Assembly: GCA_937990735.1 (NCBI GenBank)
Contig: CALKQT010000034.1
Span: 15,200-79,199 of the forward strand
DNA length: 64,000 bases
Origin: an uncultured Campylobacter sp.
Lineage (GTDB): Bacteria; Campylobacterota; Campylobacteria; Campylobacterales; Campylobacteraceae
Direction of reading: 5' to 3'
This document shows positions 47,828 through 57,078 of the stretch, in pieces. The notes under the pieces are model-generated. The model did not search any database. It had not been told where the DNA came from and saw nothing but the letters and a program-made list of their open reading frames with translations. Position 1 is the stretch's first letter. Each line of letters begins with the position of its first letter. A program made the translations under genes and the position numbers.

Positions 47828-49312
47828 TTAACCTCTCATCATTATTCTAACGCCGTTTTCGACGAGCATCCAAAAATCACCTACGTGCCATACGCCGAAA
47901 ATTATCACTAAAGCGCAAAGCAAGATTAGCGGTAAATTTTCAAACAAGCTCATCTCTTTAGCATAAACCACTTCACCTTTAGGCGTACCGAAGCTCGCTA
48001 GATTAAAGTGCGCGAAGTCCGCAATGAAAATAATTACGAGCGCGATCGCAAATAATGCTACGGCTATGTATTGACCGCTGGCTATCGCGCCTTTGAAAAC
48101 GTTAAATTCGCTTACAAAGATCGCAAACGCAGGAACACCTACGAGCGAGCAAACCGCAGCACCAAACATTATCGTAGTAAGCGGAGCGATTTTTACCATA
48201 CCGCCCATTCTAGACATATCTTTGTGACCGTAAATTCTAGCGATATTACCGGTAGAGCAAAATGCAAGAGCCTTGGTAAAGCTGTGAGCCAAGCAGTGAA
48301 AGATCGCGGCAAGCAAGCCGAAATATCCACCGATACCTAGCGCAAATGCAATAACACCCATATGAACGACCGAGTGGTAAGCAAACATCCTCTTTACGTC
48401 GTGTTGGCGAACAAGGAAAATTCCTGCTATAAATAGCGTGATCGTACCGGAAATTAACATTACGGATTGAACGAAGTCAAAGCCTACAGCTTGAGCTGTG
48501 ATAGCGTAATATCTAAATATCGCTAGCATCGCACATTTTAAAAGCACACCCGAAAGTAGTGCCGAAATCGGAGCCGGACCTTCTGCGTGAACATCAGGAA
48601 GCCAAGTGTGAGTAGGAGCAAGTCCTGCTTTGGTTCCAAAGCCGATTAGAGCGAATATAAAGATAAGCTTAGCGGCATCGCCGTTTAAATTTTTGGCATT
48701 ATCCATAATGCTCGTCCAAAGCATCGAAGCCTCGCCATCGCCTGTAATTTTGAATGTAGCCGCATATAGTAAAACGGTCGCATAAAGCGCGAACGCTAAA
48801 CCGATCGAGCAGATAACGATATATTTATAACCGCTCTCGGTAGATTTTTTATCTTTATGAATAGCGACCAAAAATACCGAAGCTAACGTAGTAGCCTCTA
48901 CCGCGGCCCACATAAACGCGACGTTGTTGCAGATAACGCTAAGCGTCATCGTAAAAACGAAAACGTGGCAGAGCGCATAGTATTTTCTAAGATCGCTAAG
49001 ATCCAGATGACCGCCCTGTATCTCCCACTTCATATAGGTGGTAGAGTATAGATTTACCAAAAAGCCTGTTACGGCGATTAGCACTAAAAATACGCAACCT
49101 AGGCTATCTAGGAATAGGAATTTGTCGTATGCGTAAAACGCCTCGGCATTGCCGCTTAGAAGCTTGCCTACGTTACAGAGTAGCCCTGCGGATGTAACCG
49201 CAGAAATCAAAACGTGTAGCGTGCTTAGGAGCTTGAAATTCTTAGGGCATAAGAATAATATCAGCGCTCCGAGCAACGGAAAAATTAATATAAAAGCTAA
49301 ACTATTCATCAT
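47828..49312 (-). CDS. hyfF: Hydrogenase-4 antiporter-like membrane subunit (NuoM/N-like) HyfF (or HyfD-type)
   Basis: 494 aa, about 14 TM segments. Mrp/ND-type motifs (THTWLPDVHAEGPAPISALLSG). Confidence 0.85.
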   Translation of the reverse strand: MMNSLAFILIFPLLGALILFLCPKNFKLLSTLHVLISAVTSAGLLCNVGKLLSGNAEAFYAYDKFLFLDSLGCVFLVLIAVTGFLVNLYSTTYMKWEIQGGHLDLSDLRKYYALCHVFVFTMTLSVICNNVAFMWAAVEATTLASVFLVAIHKDKKSTESGYKYIVICSIGLAFALYATVLLYAATFKITGDGEASMLWTSIMDNAKNLNGDAAKLIFIFALIGFGTKAGLAPTHTWLPDVHAEGPAPISALLSGVLLKCAMLAIFRYYAITAQAVGFDFVQSVMLISGTITLFIAGIFLVRQHDVKRMFAYHSVVHMGVIAFALGIGGYFGLLAAIFHCLAHSFTKALAFCSTGNIARIYGHKDMSRMGGMVKIAPLTTIMFGAAVCSLVGVPAFAIFVSEFNVFKGAIASGQYIAVALFAIALVIIFIADFAHFNLASFGTPKGEVVYAKEMSLFENLPLILLCALVIIFGVWHVGDFWMLVENGVRIMMRG

Positions 49313-49956
49313 TAACCCCTTAAATTCGAAGCTTTAGACGTATCAAGTCCGTCATAAGCTTTGTAAAATCTAACCGCCAAAACGCTCATAATGATAACCG
49401 CAAAGATCGCGTCGGTTAAAATTCCAAGCTCGACTAGCTCGTGAGAGTTGTAAGCCATAAGCGCAAGGCTTAGGTGGATGCCGTTTTCAAATAGGCAGTA
49501 GGCCAGAATTTGCTTGATGAAAGAATTTCTTAGCATGAAGCCGAAAATTCCCATCATAAATACGGTTACTGCCGCTATTAGAACGATTCTTTCTTGAATA
49601 AGAGAGAATTGAAGCAAGATCGGATTGATTGTCATCGCAATCGCTAGCGAAAATCCCATCGCAATAACGGGGCTTACGAAAAAGCCGCCTACCGGCTCAT
49701 CCTCGCTGATCACATCCAGCTTTTTAACTAGCCAAAATAAAATTCCTGGCACGAAAATAACCTTCGTAAAAAACGCCACTATCGCCCAAATTCTAAGCTG
49801 CGGCGCATTGAAATTAGAATACAGCATAAAAAATATGCTTACCAAAAGTAGCGTCTGAATCGCGTAAATTCCGATCGAAAGCTTTAAATTTCTAAGTCCG
49901 AATACCGCGAGTGACGTTACGATCATACAAATTGCTAAAATATCGATACTATTCAT
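49312..49956 (-). CDS. hyfE: Hydrogenase-4 membrane subunit HyfE
   Basis: 214-aa polytopic membrane protein. Size and position match E. coli HyfE (216 aa). Confidence 0.8.
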   Translation of the reverse strand: MNSIDILAICMIVTSLAVFGLRNLKLSIGIYAIQTLLLVSIFFMLYSNFNAPQLRIWAIVAFFTKVIFVPGILFWLVKKLDVISEDEPVGGFFVSPVIAMGFSLAIAMTINPILLQFSLIQERIVLIAAVTVFMMGIFGFMLRNSFIKQILAYCLFENGIHLSLALMAYNSHELVELGILTDAIFAVIIMSVLAVRFYKAYDGLDTSKASNLRG

Positions 49957-49957
49957 C

Positions 49958-50887
49958 TTAAAATCCTACTACGTAAAGCGTTAATGCCGCAAAAGCAATG
50001 GCAAGAGCGCCGCATGAAATTTTGCGCATGCTCGAAGTCATTCTGAAGCGTGGCCCAAAGTTGTCGATGAAAACGGCTGCTACGTAAAATACGCCAGTTT
50101 TTAGCACAAAGATTATGATCGCTAAAAGCGGATTGCTAAAATTCCACGGCTCAAATATCGTTAGGAATAATCCGATCATCGCAAATTGCTTCAAAATAAG
50201 CGCCGCTTGCACTAAGCCCAAATCGCTGCCTGCGTATTCGCCAAGTAGACCTTCTTGAAGCTCTTGCTCGGCTTCGGCAAGATCAAATGGCTTTCTGCCA
50301 GTCTCGACATACATACACCATAAAAACGCAATCGAAGCGACAGCAAAGCTTGGAATTTGATAGCCGATCTGACCGCTGCGTACCATCTGCTGGATCTCAA
50401 CTAAATTTGAAGTTCCCGCAGCCATCATTACTACAATTAGGCACATCATCATAACAGGCTCGACAAAAACGGCAAGCATCTGCTCGCGTCCACCGCCGGT
50501 TGCGGCAAACGGGTTACCGCTGTCTATCGAAGCCGCACCGAATACAAAGCGCAAAAGCGCGCCTAGATATAGGATAACGAAAATATCCGAATACGCTCCG
50601 AAAAGGGTATCTTTGCTGTATGTAATAGGAATAGCCGCCAAAATCGCCGCCGAAGTAGCGAAAAGGAAAAACGGCGCCCATCTAAATACCCAGTGGCTGC
50701 ACGCAGGAACGGTCCTGCCGCGCTTAAAAAGCTTAATAATATCGCGGTAAGTCTGGAAAAAATCGCTTCCTTGTTTCGACTGAAGCTTGGCTCGAAGTTT
50801 TCTCGCCATACCGTCGAAGAGTGGAGCGACTAGGACGATAACCGCGACTTGAAATATCATTAAAAATATAGTTTGTATAGTCTGCAT
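49958..50887 (-). CDS. hyfC: Hydrogenase-4/FHL membrane subunit (NuoH-like) HyfC/HycD
   Basis: 309 aa. NuoH-type motifs (R.PFDLAEAE.EL..G...EY.G). Confidence 0.9.
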   Translation of the reverse strand: MQTIQTIFLMIFQVAVIVLVAPLFDGMARKLRAKLQSKQGSDFFQTYRDIIKLFKRGRTVPACSHWVFRWAPFFLFATSAAILAAIPITYSKDTLFGAYSDIFVILYLGALLRFVFGAASIDSGNPFAATGGGREQMLAVFVEPVMMMCLIVVMMAAGTSNLVEIQQMVRSGQIGYQIPSFAVASIAFLWCMYVETGRKPFDLAEAEQELQEGLLGEYAGSDLGLVQAALILKQFAMIGLFLTIFEPWNFSNPLLAIIIFVLKTGVFYVAAVFIDNFGPRFRMTSSMRKISCGALAIAFAALTLYVVGF

Positions 50888-50897
50888 CTCAAACCTC

Positions 50898-52871
50898 CTA
50901 GATCAAGAAATATCCGACGCCCAGTATCGCGCAAAGATAGATTAGGATGTAAAGCGTATATAAATTTGCATAGCCGCTTTGAATAATTCCTATCTTATCG
51001 GCGATCTTCTTACTCCAATCGATTACCGGTTGATAAATCATCGTCCACCAAATGTCTTGTGGGTGGTTGTGATACTCGATCGGTCCGAAGTAGCCGTTTT
51101 GCTCTATTCTGCGTTTATGACCTCTAAATAACCAGTCCATAATCTTTCTTAAATCGCCGGTAAAAGGACCGCCGGTCATCTGCATGCGAGGGCTATATTT
51201 AAAGCCGCATGCCCAAGGATCGGTCTCGCGAGGTTTGTCGCGATTTGCTTTCATAACTGCTAGGATGATAAACGGAAGCAGCATTGTAGAGCACAAAATC
51301 ACTGCAATAAGAGGAGTTGAGACGATACTTCCCAAAGGCGAAGTGATTGACGAAGCGCCTAGGCTTGCAACATACCCGCTATTGGAAGTGATAGAATTTA
51401 CTGCCTGCATTATGTAATCAACTATGAAGTGTGCGCCTACGCCAAATCCCACGCAGCCTATCATCAAAATGATCATTCCTAAAACCATTCCTAGTGGGCT
51501 TTCTTTTGCATTTTCCCAAATTTTTTCATCTCTTGGGGTTCCTGCGAAGATTACCGCATAAAGCTTAAGGTGCATACCGACCAAAACGCCCGTAAGCGCG
51601 AGCGCAACGACTGCTAAAGAGAAGGCGTATCTTATGAAAATTCCGCTTTCCTTAGCGCCTTGAAGCATTCCTTGATAGGTAAACCACTCTGAAACGAAGC
51701 CGTTTACCGGAGGAAGCGCTGCGATACCCATGATACCGATAAACATACCGACGGCAGTTAGAGGCATTTTTTTAGCTAGACCTCCTAGTACATCCATATT
51801 TTGCGTATGAGTAGCGTGGATTACAGAGCCTGCACATAAGAATAAAAGGCCTTTGAATATTGCGTGGTTTACTACGTGATAACAGCCCGCTAAAAATCCA
51901 ACTGCAGCTAGCGTTACATTGCCTGCTGCGACGCCGTAAATTCCGGTGCCAAGACCCAGCAAGATAATGCCGATATTTTCAACCGAGTGGTACGCAAGAA
52001 GCGCTTTGAAGTCGTGCTGGCACAACGCGTATAAAACGCCGAAAAGCGAACTAGCTGCTCCTAGGATCAAAACTGCAAGCCCAAAATAGATGCTTAGCGG
52101 CAAAAATAGCGTAAATTTAACAAGGGTAAAGAGCGCTACTTTGATCATAACGCCGCTCATTAGCGCGGAGACGTTTGATGGAGCCGCAGGGTGAGCTTGC
52201 GGTAGCCAGACGTGGAAAGGCCACATTCCCGCTTTTGAGCCGAAGCCGACCAAAAACAAGATGAATGCTGCTACAGAAGCGCCCATCGGCATATTTACTT
52301 TTCCCCACTCTGCAAATTCGAAGCTGCCTGCGTAGTTTGCAATGATAAGTAATCCACAGGTGATACAAAATGCACCGATCTGCGCTATACCTAGATATAC
52401 CATAACGGCTTTGAGCGTGCCTTTGCCATCGTTTACTATGATTAGAAATGACGAGATTAGCGTCATAAGCTCCCATAAAACAGCGAAGCAAAATACATTA
52501 TCTGCGCTGATGACTAAAAGCATAGATAAGATGAAGGTATTAAATAAACATGCAAAAACGCCGATATTTGCCTTTCCGATATATTCCTCAGCATAGCTCA
52601 TGCCATAAACGCTGCTTGCAAAGCCTATGAAAACGACTACGAAACTGAAGAAATTTCCAAGCGGACTTAAAGCAAATTTTGGCGCATATAAGAAAGTGCC
52701 GCCCAAAACGAAGCTGTCGCTTACGCCCATATTGGCTACGAAATGACACATCGCATAAAAACAGCTGATAGCACCTAATCCAAATCCCACCTTAACGGCA
52801 GTTTTTGGAGCGCAGTATAAAAGAATACTAATTACTGCACTGACGATAAATAAAGTATAGACGCTTATCAT
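50898..52871 (-). CDS. hyfB: Hydrogenase-4/FHL antiporter-like membrane subunit (NuoL-like) HyfB/HycC
   Basis: Start at MISVYTL (cat at 52869..52871), ATGA overlap with hyfA. WLPQAHPAAPSNVSALMSG motif. About 657 aa. Confidence 0.9.
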   Translation of the reverse strand: MISVYTLFIVSAVISILLYCAPKTAVKVGFGLGAISCFYAMCHFVANMGVSDSFVLGGTFLYAPKFALSPLGNFFSFVVVFIGFASSVYGMSYAEEYIGKANIGVFACLFNTFILSMLLVISADNVFCFAVLWELMTLISSFLIIVNDGKGTLKAVMVYLGIAQIGAFCITCGLLIIANYAGSFEFAEWGKVNMPMGASVAAFILFLVGFGSKAGMWPFHVWLPQAHPAAPSNVSALMSGVMIKVALFTLVKFTLFLPLSIYFGLAVLILGAASSLFGVLYALCQHDFKALLAYHSVENIGIILLGLGTGIYGVAAGNVTLAAVGFLAGCYHVVNHAIFKGLLFLCAGSVIHATHTQNMDVLGGLAKKMPLTAVGMFIGIMGIAALPPVNGFVSEWFTYQGMLQGAKESGIFIRYAFSLAVVALALTGVLVGMHLKLYAVIFAGTPRDEKIWENAKESPLGMVLGMIILMIGCVGFGVGAHFIVDYIMQAVNSITSNSGYVASLGASSITSPLGSIVSTPLIAVILCSTMLLPFIILAVMKANRDKPRETDPWACGFKYSPRMQMTGGPFTGDLRKIMDWLFRGHKRRIEQNGYFGPIEYHNHPQDIWWTMIYQPVIDWSKKIADKIGIIQSGYANLYTLYILIYLCAILGVGYFLI

Positions 52872-53467
52872 TTTGCGCCTCCTTCTTTTTTGGCGACGCA
52901 ACTGATTTCGCCGTTTAATACGTCTTTTGCAAAAGCATTAGCCGCATCGTAGTCTATCGCAAAGCCCAATTTATGCTTACCCTCTTTAGGATCTATCATA
53001 ATGATAGCGCTAGTTGGGCAAACCTCGACGCATGCAGGACCGTTTTCGCGTCCGTTGCATAGATCGCATTTGATAGCTGTGCTTTTGGCACCCGCTTGGC
53101 TTTCGATCTCGAGATAATACTTCGGCTCGACCGCATAATTTACTGACGGCATAAGCTCTGCATTCGAGCTGATCGCGCCATAAGGACAGGCGAGCGTACA
53201 CATCTTGCATCCGATGCAAATTTCTTCGTGTAATTCGATATAGTTATTATCGAAGCGAAGCGCACCGGTAGGGCAGACATTTGCGCATGGTCCGTCATCG
53301 CACTGCCTGCACTGCGTAGGCATAACGCCGTAAGCCTGTCTAAGCACGGTAAGTCGCGATTTAGCAAGCTTACCGCGCTCGTAGGCACTTGAGTAACAGG
53401 CTGCCATGCACGTCGTGCAACCGATACATCGTTTGTAATCGCAGATTACAAATTTATGTTGTTTCAT
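52868..53467 (-). CDS. hyfA: Hydrogenase-4/FHL multi-[4Fe-4S] ferredoxin subunit HyfA/HycB
   Basis: Four Cys clusters: CIGCTTCMAAC, CRQCDDGPCANVCP, CIGCKMCTLACP, CDLCNGRENGPACVEVCP. Confidence 0.9.
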   Translation of the reverse strand: MKQHKFVICDYKRCIGCTTCMAACYSSAYERGKLAKSRLTVLRQAYGVMPTQCRQCDDGPCANVCPTGALRFDNNYIELHEEICIGCKMCTLACPYGAISSNAELMPSVNYAVEPKYYLEIESQAGAKSTAIKCDLCNGRENGPACVEVCPTSAIIMIDPKEGKHKLGFAIDYDAANAFAKDVLNGEISCVAKKEGGAK

Positions 53468-53861
53468 ACCTTTCTCCTTGACTTAAGGAATTTTAAAAAT
53501 TTTTTACTAAAAATTTTGGTGTAATTATATTTAAGTCCGCAAAAAAATTCCGTCATTTATCTGACGATATTTGGAATTTATTTGATAAATTTGCTTTAAA
53601 AGCTTAAATTTAAAAACTAAATTCTTTTTTAAACCGGTTCGTTGATTATTTGCTTAAAAAGTCTAGTATGTAAGTATTGAAGTATATTTTAAAATTTAAA
53701 TTACTACTGAAATTACCCTAACTTACTCCTAATTATAATTGAAAAAATTCTTTTAGCTTAAGGCAAAATTTCAATTTTATTTTAGGTAAGAATTTATATA
53801 ATTGTGCCGAAATTGCATATATGGTAATTTTGCATGTTTAGTATTTTCGAAAGGAGAAAAT

Positions 53862-56129
53862 ATGGCGAATAAAGGCAAGGTCATATGCCCTTATTGTGGC
53901 ACAGGCTGTCAAATCGAGCTGACTGCGGAAGACAATTATATCAAATCCGCAACCGGCGTAAGCGACAACCCAGTAAATCAAGGTTGTTTATGTTTGAAAG
54001 GTTATTACGGATGGAATTACGTAGGCTCTAGAGATAGGCTTACTACTCCGCTAATTCGTAAAAAGAATGGCAAATTTAGTAAAGACGGCGATTTGGTCGA
54101 GGCTAGCTGGGACGAAGCGCTTGATTTGGTTGCTAAAAAGATGCTCGAGGTTAAAGAAAAATACGGCGCCGACGCGATAGCCGGAAACTATTCTGCACGC
54201 TGTACGCATGAGGATAACTACGTAGCGCAGAAGCTACTTAGAATTTTAGGCACGAATAATATCGATCACTGCGCGCGCATTTGACACGCTCCGACTGTGG
54301 CAGGTCTTGCCAAAACAATCGGTAACGGAGCGGCTACAAATAGCTTCACGGAGATCGGAACTCACAGCAACTGCATTATGATGATCGGCTCAAACCCGGA
54401 AAATGGCCATCCGATCGTAGCTATGCACGTTCAAAGAGCGTTAAATAGAGGCGCTAAACTCATCGTCATTGACCCGGTTAAGACGGAATTTGCAAATCGC
54501 GCAGATATCCACCTCCAGCTTGAGCCGGAGCACAATATCCCAGTCATCAACGCTTTAATCCATGCTATTATCGACGAGGATTTGGTAAATCACGAATTCG
54601 TTGAGAAATACACCAAGGGTTTTGAATATGTAAAAGAAGCGGTTAAGGATTATTCGCCTGAAGCCGTAGCCAAATACACTAGGCTAAACGCCGAGGATAT
54701 CAGAAAAGCGGCTAGAATTTACGCTACTACGCGACCTGCGGTTATCACGCACGGCATGGGCGTAACTCACTTCAACCACGGCGTGGGCGCGGTCTGCGAC
54801 ATTTCAAATTTAATGCTCGTAACGGGCAACGTAGGCGAGCTAGGCAGTGGCGATCTACCGATCCGCGGACAAGAAAACGTTCAAGGCTGCTGCGATATGG
54901 GTATGCTTCCTAACGTATTTACCGGCTATAAAGCTGTAACCGACGAGAGTGCCCGTGATTGGTTTGAGCGCCAGTGGAATTTACCAAAAGGTCATCTAAA
55001 CGGCAAGATCGGCATTCATAAAACCGAAGTGCCTGACGCAATTCTTGATGGTAGGGTAAAATTCTTCTGGACGATGGGCGAAAACCCGGTTATGACCGAT
55101 CCGAACGCAAACCACTTCTTGCGCGCGATTTCGCAGGTAGAGATGTATGTGATCCAAGATATTTTCTTAACCGAGACGAGCCGCAAAGCAGATGTCGTGC
55201 TTCCTGGAGCTTGTAGCGGCGAGAAGGAGGGCACTTATGCTAATGCCGAGCGCCGCGTACAGCATAGCGAGATTGTAGTTGCCCCTCCGGGACAAGCTAG
55301 ACAAGACTGGGCTATCATCTGCGAGCTTGCCAGACGCTTAGGACTAGGGGATTATTTCACATTTCAATCTCCAGAGCAGATTTGGGAAGAGGTGCGCAGG
55401 GTAGCTCCGCACAACTACGGCGGAATGAGCTATTACCGTATCAAAAAATACCACGGACTTCACTGGCCGTGCCCTGATGAGAATTCTATGGGCGGACCTG
55501 CATTGTACCTTGATAAAAAATTCTTTACTCCAGACGGTAAAGGAAATTTCGTCCCAGTTCTATTTGTGGATGATAAGAGCAAGATTGAAAGCGCCAAAGA
55601 GGAGTTTGCAAAGCGTATGAATATGCCGAAAGATTATCCTGTAATGGCGGGCTCCGTGGACGAGAAGACCGACGAGGAGTTCCCAATCCAGCTTCTAACT
55701 ACGCGTAAGGTTTACGAGTACGCAGGAGGCGCGATGACTAGGCGCTCTAAGACCGTCGAGCAGGGCGGCGACGCGATAGGACCGATTGCGGAAATGAATC
55801 CGAAACTCGCCGAGCGATATGGAATTTCACAGGGCGATTTCATCGTCGCGTGGAGCCGCTACGGCTATATCGCGATCAAGGCGGACATCACCGAGTGTAT
55901 AATGGATGGTATCATTCAGATGTCTTATCACTACTGGGAGAGCTGCTGCAACGAACTAACCAGCGGCGGCTGGGATCTCATCGCCAAAACGCCTACGTTT
56001 AAGGCAGCGATTCAGATCAAAAAGATCGACGAAGAGGAATTTTTGCGTATCCGCGAGCTTAAGCGCATTAAGTTTCAGACCAACAAGGTCGTTTACGACG
56101 ACTTCCACCATCATCCGATTAAATTCTAA
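53862..56129 (+). CDS. fdhF: Formate dehydrogenase H (molybdopterin, selenocysteine-containing). In-frame TGA at 54282..54284 is read as Sec (residue 141)
   Basis: The two track ORFs (…HCARI-TGA-HAPTVAGL…) are in the same frame (54297-54282=15). N-terminal 4Fe-4S motif CPYCGTGC...C. E. coli FdhF has Sec at 140 in the same context. RBS AAAGGAGAAAAT before the ATG at 53862. Confidence 0.9.
54285..54331 (+). promoter_or_regulatory. Bacterial SECIS hairpin immediately 3' of the UGA codon of fdhF
   Basis: Outer stem gctccg (54288..54293) / cggagc (54326..54331). Apical hairpin ggca-GGTCT-tgcc (54299..54311), resembling the E. coli fdhF apical GGUC loop. Confidence 0.65.
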
Positions 56130-56145
56130 GAATTTAATCTTATCC

Positions 56146-56181
56146 GTAGATTCGGGGGCTATGCTTCCGAATCTACTTTTT
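56146..56181 (+). terminator. Rho-independent terminator of fdhF
   Basis: 10-bp stem gtagattcgg (56146..56155) / ccgaatctac (56167..56176), followed by TTTTT (56177..56181). Lies 17 nt after the stop codon. Confidence 0.7.
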
Positions 56182-57078
56182 AACAATCAATTCAAATAAT
56201 ATGAAATTTTTAGCGATCTAGCCGTCTCGCGATATTTTAAAGATCAAAAATTTCAAGAATTCAATAAATTTCGCGGTATTAATACGCTTTTTTGCGTAGT
56301 TGCACTATCGATAAAAGGGTATAGAAATTTATCTGCTATTTCATTTAATAGATGCGACGGCAGAGACCGGGCATTCGTGATTTATCAAATCCTAATAAAT
56401 GTAGTCTCTATAAGAGCGGCGCAATGGAGTAAATTTTAAAGATAAGCATGATAATAAGGCCATTTTATCGCGACAAATCTTATCAAATTACATTATTGAT
56501 TAAATTTTAACGCGCGCAGGCTGATTTTATGCGAATTAGTCTATATTGTCAAGTAGCGCTGTAATTTTAATAACGCAAATGCGATTTTTGTGATTTTGAT
56601 AGATGAATGCAAAAGGCTCATAGGCTTTTAAAGCGCAAGACACGGTTTTTAATCTTAATGGTCGCAAATGCCGGTCTATGGCATAGCCGGAGTAGTTTCG
56701 CACTTCGCCTGAAATCAATAAATTTTGATTTTAAAATTTTAGATTTAAAATTCCGAATTCCGTCGTGCTTGGAATTCACAATTTTTAGAATTTTGTTTCA
56801 TCGCGTGTTTTTCTATTTCACGCGGGAGTCGCTCGCTGCACTAGATAGATCGCGCTGCTTGCGATGTTAAAGCTATTGCGCCAAAGCTTCTGCCTGCTTG
56901 CGGATGAGATTTATGAACTGGGCTCCGGCATTGAAGTTATTGCGCCAAAGCTTCTGCGGCAGAATTCCATCTACTTTATGCAAAAGTAGTTAAAATTTCT
57001 GCCGCTTGTCGCACTTGAGTTACTTATTGCGCCGGTCTGTTCGTCGCGCTTTAATTTTTATCGCTCGCAGCGCCCGCT

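Noticed and set aside
53468-53861. Sigma54 (-24/-12) promoter upstream of fdhF or hyfA, as in the E. coli FHL regulon
   Set aside because: Candidate GG…GC pairs (for example tggtaattttgca and ttggaatttatttga) do not have the required GG-N10-GC spacing. No FhlA/HyfR-type activator is encoded nearby.
41973-56129. Idea that the hyf/fdhF module is a compositionally distinct (lower G+C) horizontally acquired island
   Set aside because: My hand counts of single 60-nt lines gave 33-58 % G+C inside hyf/fdhF and 38-55 % in other genes. I cannot support a difference without a proper sliding-window calculation.
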